Below, piece after piece: positions 27,328-42,599 of a DNA stretch of 64,000 bases (its first letter is position 1; each line of letters opens with the position of its first letter). The translations under genes were made by a program, and so were the position numbers. Source of the DNA: Octopus vulgaris (lineage: Eukaryota); the NCBI GenBank assembly GCA_951406725.2, contig OX597835.1:20956001-21020000 (forward strand), given 5' to 3'. The notes under the pieces are model-generated. The model was not told the origin of the DNA. It made no database searches and worked only from the letters and a program-made list of their open reading frames with translations.

Positions 27328-28147
27328 AGGGGATCGTTGTGGTTTTCGTCAATGTTTACAATTGTCTTAAAAAAAAGTTTTAAGGTATCACTTAGATGTA
27401 CGTTTTGATGCTGAATCCGAATTTGTTGTTAATTTATTCTAGAAAAATTTTGCAAAAAATGTTACAGGTGTTCAAATTTTGAGAATTTTCAGAATTTTCA
27501 GCCAATCAGAAAACAGCGCGTTCGCTGCCTCTTCTATCATCGGTGTGAGGGGGTTGCATCGGCAGGTTAAAACATTAAACTAAAATTATTGAGCCTGATT
27601 TTGGATTTGGTATGCAAGATTCTTTATCTGAGTTCGTGTGTTGAAACATATTCATTTGTGCCTGAGAAGAGTCACTTTCTTTTTGTGCCTTATAAGTTAA
27701 CACACACACTGGTAAAATTTCCACTTATTTCTTATTTTTGTTTTCCTAAAATTTATGTTGCGTCTTGCAACCTAAGACTATTGAAAAGATTGCAAGACGC
27801 AACGAAAATTTTTGGACAATTAAAATAAGAAATAAGTGAAAATTTCACCGGTGAGTATGTTACATTATAAGGCACAAAAAGAAAATGACTCTCCCCAGAC
27901 ACAACAGAATATTGAGTGTGAGTTCCATCTGTTATCAAAACAAAGAATTATAGAACAAGTTTTGGTTACACTCCTAGTGAGCATGCGTAGCATTTTAGAT
28001 TATTATGGAAACAGAATTCTTCGCAACCAGCTATGGAACACGTGGTGCTTATTTTGCTTACTATAAAAAAAGAATTCTTCGTCACGGTGATATATCTAAA
28101 ATACTCGCTTCTGATTGGATAAAATACCCAAATTTTGCAACTTTAAA
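27328..28147. mobile_element. Non-autonomous DNA-transposon-like repeat with internal ~270-bp palindrome
   Basis: 27645-27772 and 27789-27912 are inverted, and CCAATCAGAA/TTCTGATTGG occur inverted further out. One arm recurs at 29930-30115 and 31090-31275. Confidence 0.55.
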
Positions 28148-29811
28148 GGCTTTACTCTTTTACCCCTTTGCTTCTTTCAGTCATTTGACTGTGGCCATGC
28201 TGAAGCACCGACTTTAGTCGAGCAAATCAACCCCAGGACTTATTCTTTGTAAGCCTAGTACTTATTCTATTTGATGGAAGGACAAAAACCGAACCCTGAA
28301 GAACACCGAAAGTGATAAAAGGTAGGGTTACGAGAGCTCACTTAAGACACCCGATAGTAATGCTATCTTGTGGGGTAATTCTGATCCAAGGAGTAAATGA
28401 CGATGAAGATCAAACAGTGGTATTCGATACGAGTTGTAGTGTTGTCCATGGAAATATTACAATTACAACATTTCATCACTTGTTCTCTAGTGACTTGATT
28501 TAACAAAACTGCACAAGTACTCATTAATGAGAAACAAAATCAAAGCATTGAAGCACAACATAATTAATGGCTGTCTCCATTATGTTAGATATATTGGATT
28601 CAACTTTTGGCACAAGGCCAGCTGTTTCCAAGTAGAGGTAAATCGATTACATCGATCCAAGTGGTACTTATTTTATCAATCAGGGACTTATTTTATTTGC
28701 CCCGAAGAACGAAAGGTAGAGTCGACCCCGTTGCCATTTAAACTGAGAATGGAGAGACGGACGAAATGTATATATATGAATATATATGTACTCATATATG
28801 CATATGTGTATATATATATGTATGTATATGTGTATATGAATATATATATATGTGTGTGTATATGTGTCTGTATTTATACGCACATACACAAAATCGCATA
28901 AAGGTATATATAAAAATATATACATACATATATACATACATACAAATATATATGTGTGTGTATATATATATATATGTATGTATATATATATATATATATC
29001 ACACAAAACATTCATATGCATACATAGACACACAATTTTCAACGGTTCGGCTAATTCAACTTCGAATGAATACATATGAACATTAAATATATTTTCTAAC
29101 TAATAGATCAATCCATAGAACAAGAGAGGAAGAAATATATCAAAACAAACAGATACAGTTCAGACAACAAACTTATTCAGACAGAGAAAGCATACACGAA
29201 TCGTACTGTATGAATCTGATGCTTATTAACTATATAACAGATTAACGCATTTTCAAAATAATAGTCTCCTAAAATAGAACACAATCTGCGTTACCCCAAG
29301 CCATAAATTAACAGTAATAATATACTACAAATACTATTAAATTAGAAACATATATATCAATAACAAACGACAAGTATGTAAACGCGTCAACTGATTACTA
29401 ATAAAGGATGTACAATCTCGATTGTAAGCACGAAGAATCTAGAATCTATAAATACATCTTCTATATTTACCATACAAGTACACCGTTCTTGAAATGTCAC
29501 ACAGTGGACTTACAATGAATTGTAATTGCTGTGTACGATGCAACACGCTCAAAGGAAACTACTGCCTCCTCCAGAAAGTTGTAAGTGATTTTGAAGGATG
29601 GAAATAAAAGGAATTTATTTACATTACCATAATTTTTTACTTATCAAAATTAAGTCATTATATATTTTTACTGACTCCAGTTCGTCTGTTCATCAAAATT
29701 TAATGACATCCTCACCTCAAAAGAAATCCTTTGAGCAACTGCACGAAAAGATGTTAGCAGAAAGAGGAGAAAGGAAAATGTCTAGTGAAGGGAAACGTTC
29801 GCGAAGAACAC

Positions 29812-29815
<4 letters not shown>

Positions 29816-29856
<41 letters not shown>

Positions 29857-30898
29857 GTGTGTGTGTGTGTGTGTATACATATATATATACATATATATAT
29901 ATATATGTATACATGTATATATATATATTTCGTTTTGGGATTTGGTTTGCAAGATTCTTTATATGAGTTCGTGTGTTGAAGCATATTCTGTTGTGTCTAG
30001 GGAGAGTCATTCTCTTTTAGTGCCTTATTATTTAACACACTCACCGGTAAATTTCCACTTATTTCTTACTTTTAGTTTCCAAAATGTTCGTTGCGTGTTG
30101 CAACCTTTTCAATAATCTTGTTTGTGTGTCTGTGTTTGTTCCCCTAGCATCGCTTGACAACCGATGCTGGTGTTTTTACGTCCCCGTAACATAGCGGTTC
30201 GGCAAAAGCGACCGATAGAATAAGTACTAGGCTTACAAAGAATAAGTCCTGGGGTCGATTCGCTCGACTAAAGGCAGAGCTCCAGCATGGTCACAGTCAA
30301 ATGACTGAAACAAGTAAAAGAGTAAGATTATATATATACGAGAGACGAGGAGTGTGTGAAATTGGATGTCGATTGAAAGATGTACAGCGTTTAAGAATAA
30401 CATAAATTCTGTTTTATATAACTGATTAGTTTTGTCTAAGAAACGACCATCCCCACCAAGCACAACAAGAAAAAAATGGTGTGTAAGATCACGGTATCTA
30501 GAAACAAATGAAGATCGAAGTCTATAATGGTTTATTCTGTTCTATTCATGTATTTACTTATATCAGAAAAAAAAGCTAATAGACAATAATAATTATAGCT
30601 GAAAGTTCAGTGGTCTTCATACAGTATTGAAGTCAATAAGGATAGAAGCATTTTGGCAGCAGTCGCAACCCCGTCTTGCTTCGATGCCTATTCCGCGGCC
30701 ATTTTGACGTCAACATATGTCACGACGTTGCTTAAGTATCCGGATGGTTTCGTAAGGTTCTTATATTTGATTTTTTGTACGTAATGCATATATATATATA
30801 TATGTGTGTGTGTATCCGTGTGTGTATGTACGTATGTATGTTGTTTGTAAATACGTATGTTTATGAATATATACTTACATATATATGTATGTATACTT

Positions 30899-30945
<47 letters not shown>

Positions 30946-30977
30946 TACATATATACATATATACATATATACATATA

Positions 30978-31061
<84 letters not shown>

Positions 31062-32060
31062 ACATGTATATATATATATATATATATTTCGTTTTGGGAT
31101 TTGGTTTGCAAGATTCTTTATATGAGTTCGTGTGTTGAAGCATATTCTGTTGTGTCTAGGGAGAAATCATTCTCTTTTAGTGCCTTATTATTTAACACAC
31201 TCACCGGTAAAATTTCCACTTAATTCTTACTTTTATTTTCTAAAATTTTCGTTGCGTGTTGCAGCCTTTTCAATAATCTTGTTTGTGTGTCTGTGTTTGT
31301 TCCCCTAACATCGCTTGACAACCGATGCTGGTGTTTTTACGTCCCCGTAACATAGCGGTTCGGCAAAACAGACCGATAGAATATGTACTAGGCTTACAAA
31401 GAATAAGTCCTGGGGTCGATTCGCTCGACTAAAGGCAGAGCTCCAGCATGGTCACAGTCAAATGACTGAAACAAGTAAAAGAGTAAGAGTATATATATAC
31501 GAGAGACGAGGAGTGTGTGAAATTGGATGTCGATTGAAAGATGTACAGCGTTTAAGAATAACATAAATTCTGTTTTATATAACTGATTAGTTTTGTCTAA
31601 GAAACGTCCATCCGCACCAAGCACAACAAGAAAAAAATGGAGTGTAAGATCACGGTATCTAGAAACAAATGAAGACCGAAGTCTATAATGGTTTATTCTG
31701 TTCTATTCATGTATTTACTTATATCAGAAAAAAAAGCTAATAGACAATAATAATTATAGCTGAAAGTTCAGTGGTCTTCATACAGTATTGAAGTCAATAA
31801 GGATAGAAGCATTTTGGCAGCAGTCGCAACCCCGTCTCGCTTCGATGCCTATTCCGCGGCCATTTTGACGTCAACATATGTCACGACGTTGCTTAAGTAT
31901 CCGGATGGTTTCGTACAGTTCTTATATTTGATTTTTAGTACGTAATGCATATATATATATGTGTGTGTGTGTGTGTGTATCCGTGTGTGTATGTACGTAT
32001 GTATGTTGTTTGTAAATACGTATGTCTATGAATATATACTTACATATATATGTATGTATA

Positions 32061-32100
<40 letters not shown>
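29816..32100. repeat. Tandem duplication with ~1.16-kb period and (TA)n at the junctions
   Basis: 29928-30897 and 31088-32063 are highly similar, with scattered substitutions. Confidence 0.95.
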
Positions 32101-32110
<10 letters not shown>

Positions 32111-33098
32111 CATATATACATATATATATATATATTTATATTACAATATATATGAATGAGTATGTATGTGTGTATGGGTCTGTATATGTATATGGTGCGC
32201 GCGTGTGTCTGCGTGTGTGTGTGTGTGACATTGTTCATTTTAGCTTTAAATGATACTTTTGGGTATTTTAATAGGTTTTCCTGATTCATGATTTTATTTT
32301 TTATAATTTATATATGCGTTTTCTTATTTTCCGTTGTTTTTTCATTTCGACAAATATTCCAACCAGCGGCTTTAAAACAATTGAATAACAATATGAAAAT
32401 TAAAAACAAAAATATCAACGCATCCCACTCATGAAATAACAGAAAAATAACAGAAAGATACGTTTTTTATTTTTGCCTTTCGTATTAAATATTTGCGTTC
32501 CTTTTTGTTATGTTCGTGGTATTTTTTTCTAAGCTAATACAGTGTGTTGCACTTTTGACCTTTCCAGTATACATTTCTTTGTTTCCATCTTGATGTAAAC
32601 AACAATCATAATGTTACGTCCGTTTTGCTACTCTTATTTTCCACATCTTTTATTTTCGAATAACAAATACGAAGATAAATTTAAAAAAACTGCAACAACG
32701 AAGAAAAAATACTAGAAAAAAATAAAAAGAACCAATCGAATGAATGAGAAAAAGAAGCGACAATAAAAGACGATAATACGTAAAAACTTTTAAAATAACT
32801 ATGACAAAAACAAGAATATTAAAAAAAAAGAAAATTTCAGCCAGAGAGATAAAATTGGTGATCTCGAGAAATAAGTTGAGAAATATTGACCTTGAATTGT
32901 TCTAGAGACGAACACAAAGAATTTAAGTTGAGTGCTATTATGGAACTGTCTACTGTCGTTGGGATTATTAGAGTGACTACGATAGGGTCAACCAAACTAT
33001 ATTTTCAACGTTATGACATGGGAGTGGAAACGATTTTGTGTTGCTCACAAATAAACAATCCCCGACTTTTAATTTAAACAATACCTCATCGATTTTAC

Positions 33099-33133
<35 letters not shown>

Positions 33134-33553
33134 CTCGTAGGCGTGGCTGTGTGTTAAGATGCTTGTTTCAACAGCGAGATGGTTCCGAATTCACTCCTAT
33201 AGCGTGGCACCTTCAGAAAAATGTCTTCTACAATATCCTCCCCGAGCCATTGAATCTTAAAGAAGAACCGTGGTATGTACATCCATACGTATGTATGTGT
33301 GTGTGTGTGTATGTGTGTGTGTGTGGGTGTGTGTGTGTGTGCATACGAGTTTGTGTTCGTGCCCGGAAGACCGCTTGAAAACCGGCGTTACTTCGTTTGT
33401 TTTTTCTAACATAGCGATTCGGTTTAAACGTAGGATACAATATGTACCAGGCTTTAAAAAGAAAATCCTCCTGGGTAATACCTCAGTATGGACGTAGTCC
33501 AATGAATGAAACAAGTAAAAGATGAAAGATACATATTCCACTCTCTCTCTATC

Positions 33554-33614
<61 letters not shown>

Positions 33615-34096
33615 TTACCAGTCTGTCTAGCTTTCTCTCCCTCTATCTCGCTCTCTTTATATAGAGTTTATTAAACTTGTACAAGGAAAAGATTAACAAT
33701 GATTTCTTTCGGCTTCATCGCCTTCGTATGAGGAAGACGAGTTCTCTGAGACTTCAAAGTCGTTCTACTTAGATATTCAGGAACCCTTCACTTTCTTGTT
33801 AAATTATTGTTATTGAATTTGACACACGAACAGACAAACATATACGTGCATGTATGTGTGTATGTATGCATTCTTTTATTTGTCTCAGTCATTTGACTGC
33901 AGCCATACTGGAAGATCACCTTGAACGATTTCAGTCGAACAAATTGACGCGTGGATTTTTTTTATATTTTTAATCCTAGTACTTATTCTATCGAAAACTT
34001 TTGCCGAAGCGCTATGTTACAGGGACTTAAACACACAAACACCGGTTGTCAAGCGGTGATGGAGGAACACACACACACACATACATACATACATAC

Positions 34097-34149
<53 letters not shown>

Positions 34150-34819
34150 TGTGCATACATACATTCTATACATGCATGCATACGTAATGCACACATAACA
34201 CACGCACATATGCGTGTTTGTGTGTGTGTGTGTTTTAGCAAATATTGTGCACTTAATTCTAAATATCATACATAAATTTTGGGTAATAGTATTTGTTGTG
34301 TTATGATCCTAACAGCAAATTTTAATAAAGTATTGAGCAACCAAAATTCTTGCAGTTTTACTGAATCCTTTTCTCCTATTTATTAATACTTAATAACATT
34401 TCATTTTTTTAGCCCTCATCAATCATCATTCATTATTCATCTTTAAGAGCGACGCATGATTCGCATTAATGGCAACAATAGCGAATGCCTCACGATGAAA
34501 GATCGGATAGCTTCTCGTGAAATATAAATTTTAAGAGAAAAACGTTTCTCAGTTTACAAATGTAAGGTAAAAGACGTAAGTGGAATAGAGGAATGGCATA
34601 ATCATTGGTAACACAGGTCAATACTGATGTAGAGTATGACGTGTATTAAGACATTATGAATATGGATTGACGATTGCCTCATAACTGACTGGCTGGCTGG
34701 AAGGAATGAAACCACTGACGATGTCTGTTAGTGATTCTCAAAGACAAGTGGAGATCCGTAAATTATTTGGGATAAAGTAATAGAGATAGAGTCTCCTCCG
34801 TAGGAAGTGATGCCGGAAC

Positions 34820-35190
34820 CGTCATTACACGTGCCGTCTAGATTCCCGAGCAGGACCAACTGAGACTATGGATATTAGCTAACCATCTCCTTTTTGGTCT
34901 ACACTGAGATGTCCTCCCCACCTAGCTCGGCTGCAGGAATCCATCTTTCAGACCTTTTCTGTAGCATTTTCACCCCGTGGCCGTATAGTCAGAGCTGCGA
35001 TCTCTCAACGTGGAAGAGTTGCTGGTCACTCTAGAGGAATTCCCTGATCTCGGGTCTACGCACCATAACCAGTAACATTTCAGCGGAGATCATTCTCAGG
35101 AATCACTTGTCGACTTCGCGGTCATATTCTTTTGGTAATTGTCCAATTCTCATGACCATATATAAGGATAGGCACGAAAACCGGGAGATG
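34820..35190 (-). mobile_element. Decayed RTE-like LINE 3' fragment
   Basis: Minus translation FVPILIYGHENWTIT ... CRPKRRWLANIH. Confidence 0.6.
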
Positions 35191-36216
35191 ATTTCAAGAA
35201 ATTGAGAACAGTTAACACAGAGATTGCTCACGCTTGGGTGGAAGTCTGATTTGTTTTATAAAGAAAGTGAAATGAGTTTACATGTTTCTTTATTATTCGT
35301 GCTTATCAGCTAAATGTTGGGTTCTCGAACCTGCTAAGAGAAGACGACATAGATATGTTGGCATTTTTTAATGAAGAAGTGGAAATCCGAAGTAGCAACA
35401 TCTGGTAAATATGGAGGGTTGGGTAGCACATCCCAGCCGAGCGGCAGCAATTTTTTTCTGGTTCCCAAATCATCTAGTGCCGAAAATGAACTTTCTTATC
35501 TTCCATTTTAAAGGGTTACATAATTAACACGGGATATAGGAACATAAACCTTCTTCCACGAAAATATAGCTTAAACTGTGCTCTAAATGGAGGTGTAGTC
35601 AAATCCTATTTTACGGCTTCAACCACGTTCTAAAATAAGTTGAAATGTAAGCTACTATAAATCGGCACGAACTTTCCGGACAACCAATTATTAAGATATT
35701 TGATTATGTCTGGTCTTATGTGCAAACTGTTTACTTTTCTATAGTAACTGATTTTAGGTTGAAAGCCACCTCTAGATTATGATGTCGGATACAGCTGGCC
35801 AATGTAATATATATCATTTCATATCTAAATAAGTTTTTAAACAAAACCAGCTTCCTGAAAGCCGACAAAAATACGAAATATTTGGTGTTTTGTTGGTTTC
35901 GTAAGTGAATACATATATTTTCTTTCAAACTGAAAGAAAATTGCATACTGAAATATTCATGGACATCCTTCTGCCTTCGCTTTATTTGGTAATAATGGTA
36001 TACGCTAGTGTCAGCGATGTTCACAGTATATAAATTATTTGTTACTTTATGTTGAGCCTCTGTTCATATTTTCTATCTAGAAGTCCACACCTAACTAACC
36101 AAGGTAAAGTTCTCGTTCAAGCCATAAGCGCGCATCAGAAACCATAAAATTTCTGATGGTCATTACTGATTAATCTTCCACTGTCTGGAAATTTAACGCA
36201 AATTCTATGGTATAAA

Positions 36217-36255
<39 letters not shown>

Positions 36256-36871
36256 AGTGTGTGTGTGTGAGAGAGAGAGTATGTGTGTATACATATTGAT
36301 TATCTTAATTACACTTATTAGACTAAAGCGTCCAGCAAACTTCAAGAAACTTCGACCTGATATCTGTTGTAAATACACGTATACGATTGTTCCTAACATG
36401 TCAAACCTATTATTTGCCAAAAGCTGCAAACAATGATACGAAGCCTCTAACAATTCCTTCCAGAAAAAAATCTAGGATCGTTGTATAAGCAAAGAGAAAG
36501 CGTTAAAAGCTAAACTGAAGGAATTGCCGCAGTATGCCCTTAATCAGGAATTACTGAAACAATAAAAAAGAAAACTGAAAAATGAGATATTAGAAAGAAT
36601 AATTATAACGTATCAGAAAACGATGTGCATCAAAGGCCCGGTCTTGCGTTTCATATTGCTTAGAAACTATTGATAAGAAAGAAAACGAAGAAACAGAAAT
36701 ATGAACAAAAATATGAACTTCTTAGCTTCAGTAGTTTTGAAATAACAGAATAGATATTTAATCGATCAATCGATAAAGCAAGCAAGCAAGCAAATATACT
36801 GAAAGAAAACAGTGGCACATATTTTTTTGAGAAGACGGCAGAGATTCTGTAAAATACAGACAGACAAGAAT

Positions 36872-36949
<78 letters not shown>

Positions 36950-39900
36950 GAATAAAAGTATATAAATACACACACACGCACACACACATATGTATATATA
37001 TATATATGAATATGTGTGCGTGCGTGTGTAGATAGATAGACAGACAGATAGAGAGAGAGAGAGTGAGAGAGTGAGAGGGAGAGAGAGAGAGATAAAGATG
37101 AGAGACACAGAGCCAGAGAGAAAGATATGCATGTATGAATGCGTGGCTATATATATATATATACATATATATAGTTTTATATACATATATATATATATAC
37201 GTATATATATACATATATATATACATATATATATACATATATATATATATACATACATATGTACGTACCTACATACCTACCTACCTACATATATATACAT
37301 ACATACATACATACATACATACATGCATGCATACATACATACATACATACATACATACATACATACATACATACATACATACATACATACATAGAAAGCT
37401 GACTGTCATGAAAGTATTACATTGTGAAGTTAAGTAGAACTTATAACATCTCGAGAACAATGAAATTATGAGACAACACTTCATGTCATGTGTATCATAT
37501 ATGTCTATCTTATTTAGATTCCACTACATTCTTATTTAAAAAAAAAAGAAAAGGAAGAAAAATAAGATAAAAAGCAATCATTTCGCGCTTGGAGCGTTAC
37601 AAAATTAGATTAGTTTCCGACTTGAGTTTGTCATCTCGATGTACTAGAATTATATTATTGTCAATAAGTTTAAACTATGGAAGCATGCAAGTATTGTGAA
37701 TTTATTAGACATATTACAGCATTATCTAATCTCGAGTGAAAAAAAAAGTATAGCTGCGCATGCGTATTGAATAGATGAACGGAAAACTATATTTACGTTC
37801 CATCATTAATGTTAAATCAAACTGCAAAATATGAAAAAGAAAAATGAATTGTTATGCATGATTTTTTTTTTCATTTTTGATTATATGCAATGACTTTATT
37901 GCCAATAAACGCATCAAGATTGATATGCACACACCATATCCGCATATGTTGCCACGCACACGCACGACTGCGCACGCATGTAGTTGAAACAAACAAATCT
38001 AAATACATATTTGAAAATGCATATGTGTGTATGTGTGTTATATATACGGATATATGCAAATATATATAAATATTTTGAATGATAAAAAAAATTGTATTTT
38101 TAATTTGTTTGAACATTCTGCACTGTCTCCAGTAAATATTATTTATAATATTACACGAAAATTGCTATGTACGTGAATTCTCGAAAATTCATCAATTTAA
38201 ACATAAATGCATATACATATGTGTGTCTGTGTGTCTGTGTGTGCGTGTGTGTGTGTGTGTATATAACTGTGTGTGTGCGTGTGTTTGAATCGTTCATTGT
38301 GTATTCATGAACACAATAGCACAGGATATTTAAAACCATATAATGAAGTCGCATATGTATTAAACGTTCTCAACTTAATATTTCTTGCCTGTGGATATTT
38401 ATCTGTTGGTGTCAGATCAACAAATATCAACCGTAGCATCACGTAGAAAGAAGAGTTGAGTAATATTCTGACCTCGGGCCGTGCATGAACAAAAGATGAT
38501 AACAGGAATTAGGTAGTTGTGCTCTAGTCTGTGAATTGATGCTGGTTATCTCATTCAGAGTAGCGTATGTTTGTACTTAATATGTAATGCATCTGAAGCA
38601 TTGGGTGCATAAGTACACACTTTCATGATAAGAATCAAGTGATATTTTCGGAATATATTCGGAATTTAAATGCTTGTGTTGACTTGGAATATGAATCGGG
38701 TCGATTTTTGAACCTTATAATGAAAAGTAAGTAAAACTGTAGACATAGGAGTAAAAAGTTCAATTAATTCCATTTGATATCGAATGCAATACCACATGCA
38801 TTGAGTACGAAAACAAAAATTTTATCATCATTTAGATGTATCTGAAAGAATGCATGTATATGTAATATCGGTACTTAAATAATTTTGTCTTCATACCGAT
38901 ATCGTATTTACATAACAACATTAAATATTATACGGATTTCGTTTCTATCATATCGGGAACTATGTATTACGATGAAGATAGCCGTACATAAAAGATTTAG
39001 CATTGGATGACTGATTAAGAAATCATGAGTTCATGTTTATATATTTGTCTGTGGACATTTTATATCTAAATTTTATATGCTGACGCTGCAGATGCATCTT
39101 CGTTTCAATGGTATTTATTGGGACTTATTTGTGTTAAATAATTCCTGGTAACAATAGCTCATACTGCAATGTATTTGAATTAAGACTAATCAGATATGTA
39201 CAATATTCTTTTTAATGTTTAGAGTAGTTGAAAGTATCAAACTGATATCTGAATTTGTAAAGGATTTCAAAGATTTTAATTTTAAATTACTATATTTTAT
39301 TACAACTAACAGCTAAATCGTTAATATAGCAGGACGAACCTACACTTATGCCTTTTGTATTAGACAGTGCATCGAGTATTCTAATTCAGACGTCTCTGAA
39401 TAGACGGCTGTATAAAGTTTGTTGAAAGTTGTATCTACATATGAGATTTTCGCTTAGTTTTATACTACATCTTGTTCATTATATAGAATTTCTATTAGAT
39501 TAAAATAGCCACTAAGATATCATAGTTGATGCAGATAGGGAAATTAAATTCCATTGCCCAGGAATAATATTCATTATAGAAGGAATATGTTTAAATGCAC
39601 AAATCTATAGTGGTACATGCTACTGACAAAGCCTACGAGAATGAAATGTATACCTAACATTCTTGCCAGCACTGCTGGACGCTTGCCGCGTTTTTTTATA
39701 TAGTTTTGTATCTTTAAGCACAGTGCATACATATACGGAGTAAAATCCCTGGACGATGTGTCTTTATGACATACCATACACAGACAGCAATGTGGTTTGT
39801 ATTTATTTTTGTATAGATAAATCTCCTAAGAAATTATTTTTAGAAAATTACAATACATTTTTATTTGTTTTGACCACACCACTATGGAGGAAGACATGCA

Positions 39901-41534
39901 CATGAAAGTATAGCTAATGCTGATTCTGTCATGTTGGAATCGAACCTTAGGTAGGACACGTGATCCATAGGAAGGACAATAAGTTCTGCATAAACTGGGC
40001 TCAAAAGTGAGCTGAATTATGGAAGAGATAGAAGAGAGCATACAGGACTACGTTGCTGTTTTTATCAGAATGAAGATACGGCCTAAGCACAACAGCATAG
40101 ATGAGAACAAAAAGGGAATTCCAACAATTATGTAGATCTGTAAAAAAATACAGTAAATATTTCAGATTCAAAGTCTAGGAGACAGAAGAGGTATAAAACT
40201 TAACTTGGAAGGCAAAATTCGTCTGCTCAATCAAGAAACATGACAAATTCACATGATTACGTTTCCAGGAAGCTTCAACAACAACATTCCACAACATTAT
40301 GTAATTTCCATTGCGAGGCTAAAATTAGCTTTCTGTAAAACATATACTCGTAGATTTAATTTTGAAGTTATCCGAGTATTGTGCAATGGTTTTAATACTT
40401 AAATAACAATAATCTACTTTTCTCTCAGTAGACAGAAATGACTTATATATGATGAAGCATTACTAAACTCTGAGGTGCTTTTTTCTATCCGGACACATAA
40501 TTGGACTGGTTAATCAGCGTTTACTTTCATAGAGAAACACAACAGTGGATCTTTATTAGAATATGCAGGTTATATTTTCTACTACAAATACATAAATTCT
40601 ATAGTTCTTTGCCAGTAGTTGTGACACAAAACCGTCATAAAAATGGTAAATAAACGGATACATTGTAATTCACATATAATTGCCTATTTGCTAAAACTAA
40701 TTAATTACAGCAAAACTATATGTCCATGATGATTAATTTTGGTTAGACTAGTTTCCAAGATAATTGTCTTTAAAATATTTTTGCTAACTACTAGTGATTT
40801 TATTTGTCTAAAGTTGATATGATAATGTTAGCATACTTAAAGAATTTTTGACATCAATATCTATTCCGTTAAATTTAAGCACGAGTAAATATTGTCCTGG
40901 TAGGAAGCCATATGAAAAATTGATATTTATTTTTATGTTCACTTGTCATCATTAAGTTATATTGAAGTCTTTAGTAAATAATATTAGTAATTGCCTTTCT
41001 CATATTTCGGCAATTGAAGTAATTTTATACGTTTTTTTGACTCTTTTACAACAATGCCTTAACGTTGTTTCCATAAAATGATACACTACATATCAATTTG
41101 TAATCTACACATAGCCTTACAAGTTTTCTTGATTGCTTTCTTAACATACTTAAATATTCGTGCACCGGGGTAACATTACGACGCTTTTTCATATGATTGT
41201 TTAACAGTTGGTCAGTTACAATACGATCCTTAACACGTTGTACTAACAATAGCAATAAATTTATTTTCGATCTCGACAAGAAGACATTATTAAGGGCATT
41301 ACAGCGCGATTTAGTTAACATAAGTTCATGCCTATTTGATGGCAACTTCTTCAACAACATAATAGGGTATTCTCTTGAATAAAGTTTTCTAATCGCACTG
41401 ATTCTTCTTATGTCACAGAATGCACATTTAAGAATAGTTACAAACATCATCCTTATTCGTTCAAATACAGAAAAACTGGAAATCTGTCTATTGATCTCAA
41501 CAACTCAGAATATGGAAAGAAGTTATCACAAAAT

Positions 41535-41763
41535 TTAACTCTTTAGCATTCAGATTACTCTATCAAGTTTAAAGCTTATTTATCCACATTGTGTTGAATT
41601 AATCGTGCATTATCTGGTAGCCAAAAGATTTATAGGATATGGTAGTTTATGTTTAGAATGACATTGTAGGCTAGGTAGAAGAGGGTGATACTGGCCAGTT
41701 TGAACGTAAAACAAGTAGAATATTTGAACAAGATATGTCCAGTTTATATGCTAAATGCTTGAA
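41535..41763. mobile_element. piggyBac-type MITE remnant
   Basis: Begins TTAA-CTCTTTAGCAT and ends ATGCTAAATGC-TTGA, giving degenerate TIRs with a TTAA-like TSD. Confidence 0.5.
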
Positions 41764-42005
41764 ATATTCTGCTTCAGTGATCAATCATGTTAACACACAC
41801 AGGAAAATCTAAACTGTACACTTTTTGTTAGTCAGTTTTTGGGGTGGTGTTCGAAACTAAAATGTTAAATATTATGTAAATCCTGTACGGGCCATTCACG
41901 TCAAAATAGTTTCAGTAAATGGAGTTCAAGTTATGGAATCTTATTTTATTCCTAAGCCAAACTTATGTAAAACGTATATGTAAAATTTCGATGAGATTTT
42001 TCAAA

Positions 42006-42119
42006 TATCATGACAAATTGTTTCGTAACTTAAAAACATGTAAGCAATTTATTTATAATTTGATATAATAATATAAATTATTTACATGATTTTAAGTTAC
42101 GAAACAATTTGTCGTGATA
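42006..42119. repeat. ~47-bp-arm inverted repeat
   Basis: TATCATGACAAATTGTTTCGTAACTTAAAA... pairs with ...TTTTAAGTTACGAAACAATTTGTCGTGATA. Confidence 0.9.
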
Positions 42120-42328
42120 ATGGAAACTTCTTAATGTTAAATAAAATTTCATTAAACTTCTCTCTCATTTATAACTTTATATACTCGTTTTCACTTGTAT
42201 CGTACTCTGTATGCCATGTTTTGTAGTATGATACATTAAGGAGCTATTTATGAGTATTACCAGATTACTTGAATCCATGTATTGTGACTTAAATACACAC
42301 ACACACTTCACAAGCACACATGCATACA

Positions 42329-42465
<137 letters not shown>

Positions 42466-42541
42466 ATTTATATATATACATATATATACATATATACATA
42501 TATATATATATAATTCATAAATTTATTTCTTTTGCCACGTG

Positions 42542-42599
42542 TATCACTGACGAAGGGAGGGCTGTTATAAGCTAACCCAGAAATCGGTCCGGTATGGTA
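42542..42599 (+). ncRNA. Type I hammerhead ribozyme motif, copy 1
   Basis: UAUCA-CUGACGA(42547-53)-AGGG...CCCA-GAAA-UCGG-U-CCGG-UA-UGGUA. It has an A.A mismatch at the base of helix II. Confidence 0.7.
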
